Assembly (NCBI GenBank): GCA_019232935.1
Contig: JAFAMZ010000013.1
Coordinates: 1 to 48,544, forward strand
Origin: Silvibacterium sp.
GTDB taxonomy: Bacteria; Acidobacteriota; Terriglobia; Terriglobales; Acidobacteriaceae
Length of the DNA: 48,544 nt
Reading direction: 5' to 3'
Position 1 is the first letter of the stretch. The number at the start of each line of letters is the position of its first letter. The notes below the pieces were generated by a model. That model did not search any database, was not told the DNA's origin, and was given only the letters and a program-made list of their open reading frames with translations. Below are positions 10,814 to 20,395 of the stretch, one piece after another. The position numbers and the translations under genes were made by a program.

Positions 10814-11425
10814 CTCCTTGCGCCCAAAAAGCAGCACCCCGGTTTCCATGCCGAAAAGCGGTATCGGAGCTTCCCAGGTGAGGGAAGGAACGGTGTCTTT
10901 CAGGCCATTCTCAGTCGCGACTGTGGCGAATAGGACGAGAAGACCTCCGGCCCGTATCCTTGCGGTGGCCATCTGTACGGCCTCATGCATCCGATCAACC
11001 GCCCGCAATGTCAAGACGTCAAAAGTCTGCCCAGCAGCCATCTTCTCGATGCGTCCCGTAAATACCTGAGCGTTTAAGCCAAGTACTCGCACAACTTCAC
11101 GCAGGAACCCGGCCTTTCTCCCCTGGGATTCACCCAGCGTAACTGCTATCTCGGGGCGCACAATCGCAATCGGAATGCCCGGCAAACCCGCGCCCGATCC
11201 AAAATCAAGGAGGCTTTCAGCAGCGGGAAGCGCCTGGGCGCACTGAATGCACTCGACGAGATGCCGCTGGACAATCATCGAGGGTTCCCGGATGGCTGTC
11301 AGATTCAACCGAGCGTTCCACCGGAGAAGCAATTCGACATATTGGACAAACAAATCTGCTGCTCCGGGCTTGAGCGGTTTCAGCCCTGCCGCTTCGACTG
11401 CTCTTTCGATTTCTGCGGCGGTCAC
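10802..11425 (-). CDS. rsmG: 16S rRNA m7G527 methyltransferase
   Basis: WNARLNLTA, H, LDFGSGAGLPG, ESQGRK, LRAV; GTG start overlapping the upstream stop. Confidence 0.93.
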   Translation of the reverse strand: MTAAEIERAVEAAGLKPLKPGAADLFVQYVELLLRWNARLNLTAIREPSMIVQRHLVECIQCAQALPAAESLLDFGSGAGLPGIPIAIVRPEIAVTLGESQGRKAGFLREVVRVLGLNAQVFTGRIEKMAAGQTFDVLTLRAVDRMHEAVQMATARIRAGGLLVLFATVATENGLKDTVPSLTWEAPIPLFGMETGVLLFGRKECFT

Positions 11426-12159
11426 CCGATCACCGATTCGCGGATGGCTCGGGGTTGCCACTCCGCCGCCGCCTGGATGAAAGCACGAAACAGCGCTCTC
11501 GAGGCAGACTCCGAATCGAAGGTCCGCTCGGGGTGCCACTGGACAGCCAGAACGAACTGATCCGTGGTTCCTTCGACTGCTTCAACCACTCCATCTTCCA
11601 CGCTCCGAGCCGTTACGCTCAAGCCGTCGCCTGCCTTCTCGACAGCCTGATGATGGCTGCTGTTGACCATAAGTTCGGCGAGCCCGGCAATAGCAGCAAT
11701 CCGGGAATGTTCGGCAAGTGAGACACGATGCGCTTCCCGGACCTCGCGGCCGGGTTTGTGATTTACCCCCGTCTTCAAATCCTGGATCAGAGTGCCTCCA
11801 CGCCATACGTTCCAGGACTGCAATCCGTAACAAATACCGAAGATGGGCTTGTGCAGGTTGGCCGCGTCCTGCATCAGGAGTTCATCCACAGCTTCGCGGG
11901 CAGAATCGGCGGGGGCACATTCCGGGACCGGCATCTGTCCATATTTCTCCGGGTTCACGTCGGCTCCGCTTCCGGGCAGGAGCACGCCCTCGCACGAGCC
12001 GGCCAGTTGTGCTACCTCTGCCGGAGCGGCCAAGAGGTGAATCTTTACCGCCTCTCCCCCGACTGCCTCGACTGCCCTCGCGTATTCGGGCCAGGACCGC
12101 TCATTGTAGGCGAAATCATGCGAGGTTGGCTCAGGGATGGCGATTCGAGGTCTTCTCAC
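11422..12159 (-). CDS. Gamma-glutamyl-gamma-aminobutyrate hydrolase family (peptidase C26, class I GATase)
   Basis: GICYGLQ nucleophile elbow, NSSHHQA, VQWHPE. Confidence 0.9.
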   Translation of the reverse strand: MRRPRIAIPEPTSHDFAYNERSWPEYARAVEAVGGEAVKIHLLAAPAEVAQLAGSCEGVLLPGSGADVNPEKYGQMPVPECAPADSAREAVDELLMQDAANLHKPIFGICYGLQSWNVWRGGTLIQDLKTGVNHKPGREVREAHRVSLAEHSRIAAIAGLAELMVNSSHHQAVEKAGDGLSVTARSVEDGVVEAVEGTTDQFVLAVQWHPERTFDSESASRALFRAFIQAAAEWQPRAIRESVIG

Positions 12160-12980
12160 TCCGAGTCTCCCTCCGCAGAGATAGTGATGGCCTCGAGCTC
12201 AGGCCTCTCAGGTTTTTCGAGATAGGAATGGCTGTAATACAGCCGGCAAATCTCGTCACTGATTCGCGATGTGAGTTCCTCCACCTGTTTCATGTTATAG
12301 CCGGAGGTTTCAATGGGTTCGCCGACTGCGAGTGTAACGGGAACAGGATGAAATTCCATCGAATGCATCGGCAAAAGCTCGTAAGTCCCGATAACGGCCA
12401 TGGGGATGATCGGTAACCCGGTTCGAATCGCCATGAATGCAGGGCCGTTCAGGAAGGGCGCGAGATGACCGGTCGCCGAGCGCCCTCCCTCTGGAAAGAT
12501 AAACAGCGGCATTCCCTCGCGCAGTGTCTTGACGGCACCGCCGAGGCTTGAGACAGATGCCCGGGGATTGGTGACGTTCACCGGCACCTGGCCGGAGCGG
12601 CGGAGGTGCCATCCGATGAATGGGAGCTTGAAAAGATCGTGGCGCGCTACGATCCGAAACTGGAATGGCAGCGCGGAGAAGATCACCGGAGTATCCATGT
12701 AGGAGAGGTGGTTCGAGACATACACAGCTACCCGTCCGTTCAGGCGTGATGTATTCAGGGCGGTCAGCCGGGCGCCGCTGATACGGACCACGATTTGGCC
12801 CCAGCAGCGCGCGATTGCATGCTGCGCCTTTCCGGTTTTGTCCCAGAGGGAAGCCAGGAGCGAAAGGCTGCCGAAAAAAGCAGTAGAGAGGAAGAAGATC
12901 GGCGCGCGGAAGCAATAGCTTGCGATGCGCTCGCTCAAGGGAATAGGTTCGGGCCTCGATCCCAGCGTGCGCAGCGTCAC
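12156..12980 (-). CDS. plsC: 1-acyl-sn-glycerol-3-phosphate acyltransferase
   Basis: NHLSYMD (HX4D) and FPEGGRS motifs. Confidence 0.88.
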   Translation of the reverse strand: MTLRTLGSRPEPIPLSERIASYCFRAPIFFLSTAFFGSLSLLASLWDKTGKAQHAIARCWGQIVVRISGARLTALNTSRLNGRVAVYVSNHLSYMDTPVIFSALPFQFRIVARHDLFKLPFIGWHLRRSGQVPVNVTNPRASVSSLGGAVKTLREGMPLFIFPEGGRSATGHLAPFLNGPAFMAIRTGLPIIPMAVIGTYELLPMHSMEFHPVPVTLAVGEPIETSGYNMKQVEELTSRISDEICRLYYSHSYLEKPERPELEAITISAEGDSE

Positions 12981-14308
12981 TGCGCGGTCTCCGTCAGCAG
13001 CGACCTTACCGCTCCCACGAGATAGACCGAGCCTGTGACTACCACGAGGCCGTCGATAGGAGTCACAGCCCAGGCCTGATCGAGTGCAGCCCGGGGGTCG
13101 TCGGCCGTGTAGATCCGGACTCCAGTAGGCTTGGCTGCGGCAATCATGGCGGGCAGCGGCGCTCTGCGTGGCGAGTTCACTTCCGTCAGAACGACGGAAT
13201 CAAACAGGGGAAACAGGATTCGTGCGATATCCATTATCGGCTTGTCTGCCAGGCAACCGAAGACAGCAGTGATTGGGTGGGGTTCGGGATCAAGGTGGGA
13301 CAGCGCCGCGCGGAGCGCCCACGCGCCGGCGGGATTGTGAGCCACGTCAAGAAGCACGTCTGCGCGACCGGGGGCAGAGAGGCGCTCCATCCGGGCGGGC
13401 CATTGCGTGAGAGCGATTCCGGCGGCAATCTGAGCAGCAGTAATATTGTAACTATGATTGTTACGTAATTCAGTTGCTGCTGCGATCGCCAACGCCGTGT
13501 TCCGCTGCTGATGTGCGCCCGCGAGCGGCGAACGAACTTCAATGTTCTCGCCGAGCACGGTGACATGATAGCCGCTTCCCTTCTGTGCTTCGTTTCGGTC
13601 TGGAACCCACGCGGCAGCGTTCACGCCGCGCACATTCAGCTCGGTCGCTACCTCTCCGATGGTCTGGTTTGCCTCAGGATGCTGCGGGAGTGTCACCAGG
13701 ATTCCATTCCGGCGCAAAATTCCGGCTTTTTCTCGCGTGATTGTGGAGATTGTGGGCCCAAGCCATTCGGTGTGGTCGAGCGAAATGTCGGTGAGGACGG
13801 AGACTAGCGGCTCAACAATATTTGTCGCGTCCAGCCGGCCGCCCATTCCGACTTCGAGCACAGCGATATCCACCTTTTTTTCAACGAAGGCCAGAAACGC
13901 GAGCGCCGTCATCGTCTCGAAGAAGCTGGGATGGGTACGCAGAGCGCCTTCGGCGACGAGACGCTGAGCACAGTTATCGACCTGGAAGTAGAGCCTGGCG
14001 AAGTCATCATTGGAGATTTCCTCGCGGTCTATGCGCACGCGCTCGTTGACACGCGAGAGGTGCGGCGAGGTGTAGAGCCCAGTGCGATAACCCGCGCTGG
14101 TGAGTATGGACGCCAGAGTGGCCGAGGTGGATCCCTTGCCGTTGGTTCCGGCCACCAGAACGGAGGGAAATTTTTGTTCGGGGCTGCCAAGGGCCGCAGT
14201 GAGAACCCGCATTTCGTTCAGATCGAATTTGCGCCGAGGTTGTCCTGGAGCCGCATGCAACTCGGCAGCCAGCGAAAAGAGGCCGTCGATGGCCGCGCTG
14301 TACGACAT
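12977..14308 (-). CDS. folC: Folylpolyglutamate synthase/dihydrofolate synthase
   Basis: VAGTNGKGST, YTSPHL, EVGMGGRLDATN, DVAHNP, TGSVYLVG. Confidence 0.95.
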   Translation of the reverse strand: MSYSAAIDGLFSLAAELHAAPGQPRRKFDLNEMRVLTAALGSPEQKFPSVLVAGTNGKGSTSATLASILTSAGYRTGLYTSPHLSRVNERVRIDREEISNDDFARLYFQVDNCAQRLVAEGALRTHPSFFETMTALAFLAFVEKKVDIAVLEVGMGGRLDATNIVEPLVSVLTDISLDHTEWLGPTISTITREKAGILRRNGILVTLPQHPEANQTIGEVATELNVRGVNAAAWVPDRNEAQKGSGYHVTVLGENIEVRSPLAGAHQQRNTALAIAAATELRNNHSYNITAAQIAAGIALTQWPARMERLSAPGRADVLLDVAHNPAGAWALRAALSHLDPEPHPITAVFGCLADKPIMDIARILFPLFDSVVLTEVNSPRRAPLPAMIAAAKPTGVRIYTADDPRAALDQAWAVTPIDGLVVVTGSVYLVGAVRSLLTETAQ

Positions 14309-14377
14309 AGTTCAATTTTAGAGGAAAGCGCCGGGCCCGCCTGTGCGCGCCGCAAGTTCCCTGTTCTGCCTGATCAC

Positions 14378-15220
14378 TTACTGCACCTGCATAAAGTCGA
14401 GCGCGCGGATGAGGTAGCTCTTCATCTCTTTGCGTGGCACAACCGCATCCAGAAAGCCGTGCTCCAGAAGGAACTCTGACCTTTGGAATCCTTCGGGCAA
14501 CTTCTGGCGGATGGTCTGTTCGATGACGCGGGGGCCCGCGAAGCCGATCAGCGCGCCAGGCTCGGCGACATTGAGGTCACCGAGCATGGCGAAGCTGGCA
14601 GTCACTCCGCCTGTAGTGGGATCGGTGAGCACGGAGATGAACGGCACTTTGGCATCATCGAGACGCGCCAGAGCCGTGGAGATTTTGGCCAGCTGCATGA
14701 GACTGACGATGCCTTCCATCATGCGCGCTCCGCCGGAAGCGGCCACGATAATCAGCGGAGTGCGGTGTTCGTAAGCGCGGTCGACAGCCCGGGCGATGGT
14801 CTCGCCGACTACGGCGCCCATGCTGCCGCCGATAAAGCCGTATTCCATGACACTAAGCACGACGCGATGCGGCCCGAGCAGGCCAAGCGCATTGATGACA
14901 GCATCGTTCAGGCCGGTATCTGCCCGGGCTTTACTCAAGCGGCTGGCATAGGGCTTCAGATCGGTAAATTCCAGGGGATCGGTCGACTTCAACTCGAGAT
15001 CGACGAGTTCATAGCCCGGTTCGAGGAGCATATCGATGCGCGGGCGCGCTCCCAGGCGGAAGTGATGGCCGCATTTGGGGCAAACCATGAGATTGGCTTC
15101 GAGGTCGGCCTTGAAGATGACCGCGTCACAAGCATCGCACTTGATCCAGAGCCCTTCGGTGCGGACTGTTTTCGCCCCGGTGTCCTCTATTTTGTTGTCT
15201 TCTCGACGAAACCAGGACAT
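14378..15220 (-). CDS. accD: Acetyl-CoA carboxylase carboxyltransferase beta subunit
   Basis: CDAC...CPKC zinc finger, GGSMG, SGGARMMEG, PTTGGVTASFA, GFAGPRVIEQT. Confidence 0.97.
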   Translation of the reverse strand: MSWFRREDNKIEDTGAKTVRTEGLWIKCDACDAVIFKADLEANLMVCPKCGHHFRLGARPRIDMLLEPGYELVDLELKSTDPLEFTDLKPYASRLSKARADTGLNDAVINALGLLGPHRVVLSVMEYGFIGGSMGAVVGETIARAVDRAYEHRTPLIIVAASGGARMMEGIVSLMQLAKISTALARLDDAKVPFISVLTDPTTGGVTASFAMLGDLNVAEPGALIGFAGPRVIEQTIRQKLPEGFQRSEFLLEHGFLDAVVPRKEMKSYLIRALDFMQVQ

Positions 15221-15249
15221 CTTCCCTGCCTTCCCCTATGCGCGCGCCG

Positions 15250-15786
15250 CTAAAACTCGATGCCGCGTTGCGCCAGTATTCCCTTTTGATATGCGTGCTT
15301 GACCTCGCGCATCTCGGTCACCGTGTCAGCAATTTCGATGAGGGAGGGATGCGCATTGCGGCCAGTGAGAATCACATGCACCATTTCCGGCCGGGCCCTA
15401 AGGGTTTCGGCTACCTTCCCCGGATCGAGCATGCCGTAGCTGATCGCGTAGTTGATCTCATCGAGCACCACCATATCCCATTCCCCGGAGAGGATCGCGC
15501 TTCGCGCCGCCTCCCAGGCTTCTTCGACCAGCCGGATATCTTCCGGATCGGTTTCTGCGCCCCCGATTTTCACAAATCCGCGGCCCATCTGCTTCATGAC
15601 GAAATTGCCGTTGAAAGCCTCGACGGCATCGAGTTCGCCGTAATGCCATGAACCTTTGAGGAACTGGAGCATCAAGACGCGCATGCCGTTGCCGACCGCA
15701 CGGAGGGCCGTGCCCATGGCGGCGGTGGTCTTGCCCTTTCCGGGTCCGGTGTTGATCAGAACCAGCCCGCGCCGCGACTCGGTCAA
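15250..15786 (-). CDS. cobO: Cob(I)yrinic acid a,c-diamide adenosyltransferase (CobO/BtuR)
   Basis: TGPGKGKTTAA, QFLKG, LDEI, TGRNA, KH...GIEF; likely TTG start at 15786 after SD GAGGAG. Confidence 0.92.
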   Translation of the reverse strand: MTESRRGLVLINTGPGKGKTTAAMGTALRAVGNGMRVLMLQFLKGSWHYGELDAVEAFNGNFVMKQMGRGFVKIGGAETDPEDIRLVEEAWEAARSAILSGEWDMVVLDEINYAISYGMLDPGKVAETLRARPEMVHVILTGRNAHPSLIEIADTVTEMREVKHAYQKGILAQRGIEF

Positions 15787-15868
15787 AGCTTCACTCCTCT
15801 CTGTCAGGGTGATTTGCTGCGCTACCCCCCGGCCCGGTTCCCGCCGACCGTAGCGTGGGCGGGCGAGC

Positions 15869-16315
15869 CTAATGGCCGGTGTGGTACGGATGTCCAGCAA
15901 GGATTGTAAATGCCCGATAGATCTGCTCGCAGAGCACCACCCGGGCCAGTTCGTGCGGCAGCGTCATGGGGCCGAGCGAGAGCAGCAGGCTGGCCCGTTC
16001 GCGGTCCTGGCCCGACCAGCCGTCAGCAGGGCCAATGGCAAAGATAATACGCTGCCGGCCTTCATCCCTCTGCCGCCTGAGCCAACGGGCCAGATCTTCC
16101 GAGGCCCACTGCCTGCCGCCCGAGTCGAGCATCACCAGTGTGGCAGCCAGCCGCGAGCGCTGCGCAGCCAGCGTTTCGAAAAAGGCCTCTACAGTGCGGA
16201 AGACCTCCGTGGTAATCGGCAGATATGCCGAGGTGCGCTTCACGTACTCAGCGACCAGAGCGTCGCAGTGCTGGTTGCCAACGCGTCCGGCAATGGAAGC
16301 GATCAGGAGTTTCAT
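15869..16315 (-). CDS. rlmH: 23S rRNA m3-pseudouridine-1915 methyltransferase
   Basis: FAIGPADG, LSLGPMTLPHELARVVLCEQIYRA, GHPYH. Confidence 0.93.
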   Translation of the reverse strand: MKLLIASIAGRVGNQHCDALVAEYVKRTSAYLPITTEVFRTVEAFFETLAAQRSRLAATLVMLDSGGRQWASEDLARWLRRQRDEGRQRIIFAIGPADGWSGQDRERASLLLSLGPMTLPHELARVVLCEQIYRAFTILAGHPYHTGH

Positions 16316-16781
16316 GGCAGCCTACTCCGTTCGCGGGTAACCGGTGGATAAGCCGTGTAGAAGCGCATGAACTTGTGACGGTGCATCGTTTAATGGTGAT
16401 GAATAGCGTTGGAGAGGTGACGAACATGCCGAAAAATATGTTAAAACGTAGCGGATCGCCGATTGACCTATGGAAAGGCAGAGGTGCACAAGCATGGTAT
16501 CCGTACAACGCCTGGCGCTCTGGGGTGAAATTCGTATCCTTGCGCATGCCGACAGGTGAAATGTAAGTCATAAAGGCTCCGCTTTTAGCTTCACTTAGCC
16601 ATTCGGGGCCATTGACGGTCATGATAGCTGAGGCAGGAAAGACAACTCCTTTCTCGACGATTAAAATCCCTTTGATCATTGGCCGATGACGTGCATTGCC
16701 TTCTTCCCAAAATGGACATCGCGTGAGCTTTCGCCCGCCCATTTTGATTTGATCTCCAAACAAAAGCCGAGGTGACTCGCA

Positions 16782-19700
16782 ATGCGTCGAGAAGATTCTT
16801 TTCGTCCTAGCCAGAAGTGTCTTTTCGTAGTGCTGTCAACACTCCTTGTCGCCGGATTTGCCAATCTGGCAGCCGGACAAGGCATCACCACTGGATCGAT
16901 CACGGGAACTGTAATCGACGCTTCGGGAGCTGTCATTCGCGGCGGAACAGTAATGGCAAAGAACCTGGGAACCGATGCCCAGACAGTGCAGCATACACGC
17001 GATGATGGAAGCTTCTCATTGGTGTATCTGCCGACCGGCAACTATTCCCTCACCATTGAGGCGACCGGCTTTGAAAAGCTGGACATTCAGCAGGTGACGG
17101 TGGCGGTGGGCGAAACAAACATCGGACCGCAGCGGCTGAAAATCGGCAGCTCGACGGTGGTAGAGGTCGAAGGCAACGCGACGCCGCTGATTGAAACCAC
17201 GCAGGCGCAGGTATCGAACGCCCTGGATTCCCAGCAGCTTCAGAACCTCCCATTCGGCGGCGGATTCGACACCGCGGCGCTCCTCAGCCCCGGTGAGGTC
17301 ATCACTCACGACAACAGCTTCAGCAACAACAACGGGGCGTACGGCGGCTTCTCCTCGCAGGGGCAGCGCGGCCGGTCGAACAACTTCGAGATCGACGGTC
17401 AGTCGAACAACGACAATTCCGTTGCCGGCCCCCAGGTCTTCTTTTCGAATCAGGACGCGGTAGACAGTATTCAGATCATCACGAATAACTTCAGTGCGCA
17501 GTATGGCCGTAACGCCGGGTCAGTCGTGAACTACATCACCCGTTCGGGCAGTAACAAGTTCCACGGAACGGCTTTTTACTGGTACGAGGGCAACTGGGGT
17601 GAATCGTTCGCGCAGGGCCAGAAGAGTCCATTTCAGGGGTTCTGCCCACCGGGAGTTAAACCGAGCGACACAAATCCCTGCACCGTTCCAATCCTGCCTC
17701 GCTTCGTGCAGAACATATTTGGAGGAAGCCTGGGAGGGCCGATCCTTCACGACAAGCTGTTCGGCTTTGGGAGCGCCTACTTCGACCGGAATCACGCCGG
17801 CGGCGGTACCACGCTCAACCTTACGTCCATCACGCCGACTCCGGATGGGCTGACGGCGCTGTCTTCGACCTTCCCGAATGCCCCCGGTGTTGCCGCGCTG
17901 GTGAACAACGGGCCGTACTCAGTCAAAACGGGAAACCCACAGCCCGCCGGACAGGTCTACACCATCCCTGTGACTTACAACGGGGTCACCGCAAACATTC
18001 CATTCGCAGGCATAACGCGCTCGGTCCCCTCGTATTCGAACGACGAGGAGGTGCTTGGCCGAGTTGACTGGCAGCCGAACACGAATAATCACTTCTTCGC
18101 CCGCTACTTCTATCAGGACGACCCCAGCTACAACCCTTCAGGCATTTCAGTCGCCACCATAGCTGCGGGAGCGTGGTACAACGTTCCAGACACGGCGCAC
18201 TCGATCGGCGCCGACTGGGAGCATACATTCTCCCCAGGCTGGGTGAATCAGGTCCGCTATTCGTACCAGCAAACCAAGCTCTTTTTCCAGGGTGGCGGGC
18301 AGGCGAAATGCGTCGTAACCTCGCCCGACCAGTGCACTGCAAACGTCTCTTTCGGCAGCAGTAAGCTGACCGATGTCAGCGGTAACACCTACGGTGTGCT
18401 CGGGTTCGGCTACGCCACGAATCTTCCCCAGGGGCGTTTTGTAAAGGTAACCCAGGTGCAGGACAACGCAACCTGGACCACGGGGAGACAGACGATTCTT
18501 TTCGGCGGCGAATGGGATTACCAGAACTCTCCGAATCCTTTCCTTCCCTTTTATGAAGGCGCCTTTGCGTTCTCCGGAGCGACCAGTGCCTCGAATCCTG
18601 TCATGACCAATTTCCTCAGCGGCACAAGCCGATCGTTGACTCTGGCCAACGGCAACTTTTCAATCCACTTCACCGAGCCCGACTACGCACTTTATTTCCA
18701 GGATGACTGGAAAGTGCGACCGGACCTGACCCTGAACATGGGACTGCGCTGGGAGTATTTCACGCAGGCGGTGAACATCCTGCACAACGAAACGGTCACC
18801 CGCGAGACGAACCCGGCGACCGCGTTCTGGGACACATCCCTGCCGCTCTCAGTGCGCACCTTCCCCTATACCGATCCGGCGTACAAGAATTTCCAGCCGC
18901 GTTTTGGGTTCGCCTATAACCCGGAACGCTTCAGCAACAAGCTGGTGGTCCGGGGTGGTTTCGCGATTAACTTCGATCCGGCGTTTTACAATATGTTCCT
19001 GAATTCGGCTACCGCTGCGCCAGTCGTGAATAACGGCACAATCAGGGGCTGCGGAGTCACGAAGCAGTGCATGCCCTCCAGCGGCGTTCTGGCCGCACAG
19101 GTGCGCGCACAGAGCCTGCCGTATATTCCCACCGGTCCCGGAGTCAACCCGGGCAGCCGCAACACAACGTATAACTCACATAACTTCCATAATCCCTATA
19201 CCGAGTCGTATTACCTCGGCGTGGAAACGGCCATCGGGAACCGCGTTTCACTCGATATGAAGTACGTGGGCAATCACCAGGTTGGCAATTTCCAGAGCAT
19301 CGACGGCAATCCCTATCTGCTGCCTATCCAGCAGCAGTTTCCGAATTACGCGCCTATCGCTCTCTGCACGGACACCACGGCAGTCGGTTATGGGCGTCCG
19401 GACTGCACGCACGCGAATGTGCGCACCAGAACCAATGGAGCGTTTGCTAATTACAATGCGCTGCAGACCCAGGTGAAGACACGCGAATTCCATGGCCTGA
19501 CTTCCCTCTTCAACTGGACTTATAGCAAGACCATCGATAATACTTCGGAGGTCTACTCAACGTTTGCGGGCGGCAACAGCATCACGTTCGCCCAGAACCC
19601 CCTGAACCCCGATGCTCCCGAGCGCGGCCTCAGCGCCGTATCAATGACCCATGTAGTCTCCGCCGGATTTACGTACCTGCTGCCGATTCATCGCACTCAG

Positions 19701-20330
19701 AACGGGCTGGTGGGCAGGCTGCTCGGTGGCTGGCAACTGAACGGCATCTACACCTTCAACACCGCGCAGCCGGGAACCCCGTACCAATACGGTTTCTTCG
19801 GCGACGGGGCCGGTTACCAGAGCTACACCAGCGACGTACCCTTTATGAACTGGCAGCTCAGCGGGTATGATGTCGCGCGCCCGGTGCTATCGAACCCCAA
19901 AGCGCCCTTGAACCAGGTTGGAGTTTATGATCCCGACGGTTCGGTTTGCGGCGTGGGCCAAGGCTACTTTAACTGGGCCGATTGCAGTCCGAGCTCGCCG
20001 ACGGCCGTTCACTGGCTGCGGAACACACAGGCGCTGGCAAATCTGATGGGCGGGAATAATCCCTACATCGGATCGGGGCGCAGCCTGGCCCGGTCCCAGT
20101 CGTGGAACAACCTCGATGCCAGCCTCTACAAAACCACCAAACTCACCGAGGCACTAAGCATGCAGTTGCAGCTGGTCGCCTATAACGCCCTCAACCGCCA
20201 GTATCTCGGAATGCCGGACCTTGGCATTGACGACGTCAGCACAACGCCGAGCTCCAACACCTTCGAAGATCTTCGGTGGAACTTTGGCAGCAATCGCAAC
20301 GTCCAGATTGGCGTGAAGTTCATCTTCTGA
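16782..20330 (+). CDS. Oar-like TonB-dependent receptor with carboxypeptidase-regulatory-like N-domain
   Basis: Signal peptide; GSITGTVIDASGAV; NNFEIDG, SAQYGRNAG, RSGSNKFHG, QDDWKV..LTLNMGLRWE, FQPRFGFAY; C-terminal barrel signal GVKFIF. Confidence 0.92.
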   Translation: MRREDSFRPSQKCLFVVLSTLLVAGFANLAAGQGITTGSITGTVIDASGAVIRGGTVMAKNLGTDAQTVQHTRDDGSFSLVYLPTGNYSLTIEATGFEKLDIQQVTVAVGETNIGPQRLKIGSSTVVEVEGNATPLIETTQAQVSNALDSQQLQNLPFGGGFDTAALLSPGEVITHDNSFSNNNGAYGGFSSQGQRGRSNNFEIDGQSNNDNSVAGPQVFFSNQDAVDSIQIITNNFSAQYGRNAGSVVNYITRSGSNKFHGTAFYWYEGNWGESFAQGQKSPFQGFCPPGVKPSDTNPCTVPILPRFVQNIFGGSLGGPILHDKLFGFGSAYFDRNHAGGGTTLNLTSITPTPDGLTALSSTFPNAPGVAALVNNGPYSVKTGNPQPAGQVYTIPVTYNGVTANIPFAGITRSVPSYSNDEEVLGRVDWQPNTNNHFFARYFYQDDPSYNPSGISVATIAAGAWYNVPDTAHSIGADWEHTFSPGWVNQVRYSYQQTKLFFQGGGQAKCVVTSPDQCTANVSFGSSKLTDVSGNTYGVLGFGYATNLPQGRFVKVTQVQDNATWTTGRQTILFGGEWDYQNSPNPFLPFYEGAFAFSGATSASNPVMTNFLSGTSRSLTLANGNFSIHFTEPDYALYFQDDWKVRPDLTLNMGLRWEYFTQAVNILHNETVTRETNPATAFWDTSLPLSVRTFPYTDPAYKNFQPRFGFAYNPERFSNKLVVRGGFAINFDPAFYNMFLNSATAAPVVNNGTIRGCGVTKQCMPSSGVLAAQVRAQSLPYIPTGPGVNPGSRNTTYNSHNFHNPYTESYYLGVETAIGNRVSLDMKYVGNHQVGNFQSIDGNPYLLPIQQQFPNYAPIALCTDTTAVGYGRPDCTHANVRTRTNGAFANYNALQTQVKTREFHGLTSLFNWTYSKTIDNTSEVYSTFAGGNSITFAQNPLNPDAPERGLSAVSMTHVVSAGFTYLLPIHRTQNGLVGRLLGGWQLNGIYTFNTAQPGTPYQYGFFGDGAGYQSYTSDVPFMNWQLSGYDVARPVLSNPKAPLNQVGVYDPDGSVCGVGQGYFNWADCSPSSPTAVHWLRNTQALANLMGGNNPYIGSGRSLARSQSWNNLDASLYKTTKLTEALSMQLQLVAYNALNRQYLGMPDLGIDDVSTTPSSNTFEDLRWNFGSNRNVQIGVKFIF

Positions 20331-20356
20331 GCCAGAGAACGGAACAGAAACAATGC

Positions 20357-20391
20357 GGCCACCCGGGGCTCTCCGGGTGGCCTTAGTTTTT
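20357..20391 (+). terminator. Rho-independent terminator after the TonB-dependent receptor gene
   Basis: GGCCACCCGG...CCGGGTGGCC stem followed by TTAGTTTTT, between convergent genes. Confidence 0.75.
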
Positions 20392-20395
20392 CGTC

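Noticed and set aside
16343-16351. DnaA boxes/oriC within the window
   Set aside because: Only isolated imperfect boxes (e.g. GTGGATAA here, TGTGGAAA near 4035 and 10637); no cluster
16316-16781. Cobalamin riboswitch ahead of the TonB-dependent receptor (cobO is nearby)
   Set aside because: No B12-box or other conserved elements seen; the receptor is Oar-like rather than BtuB-like
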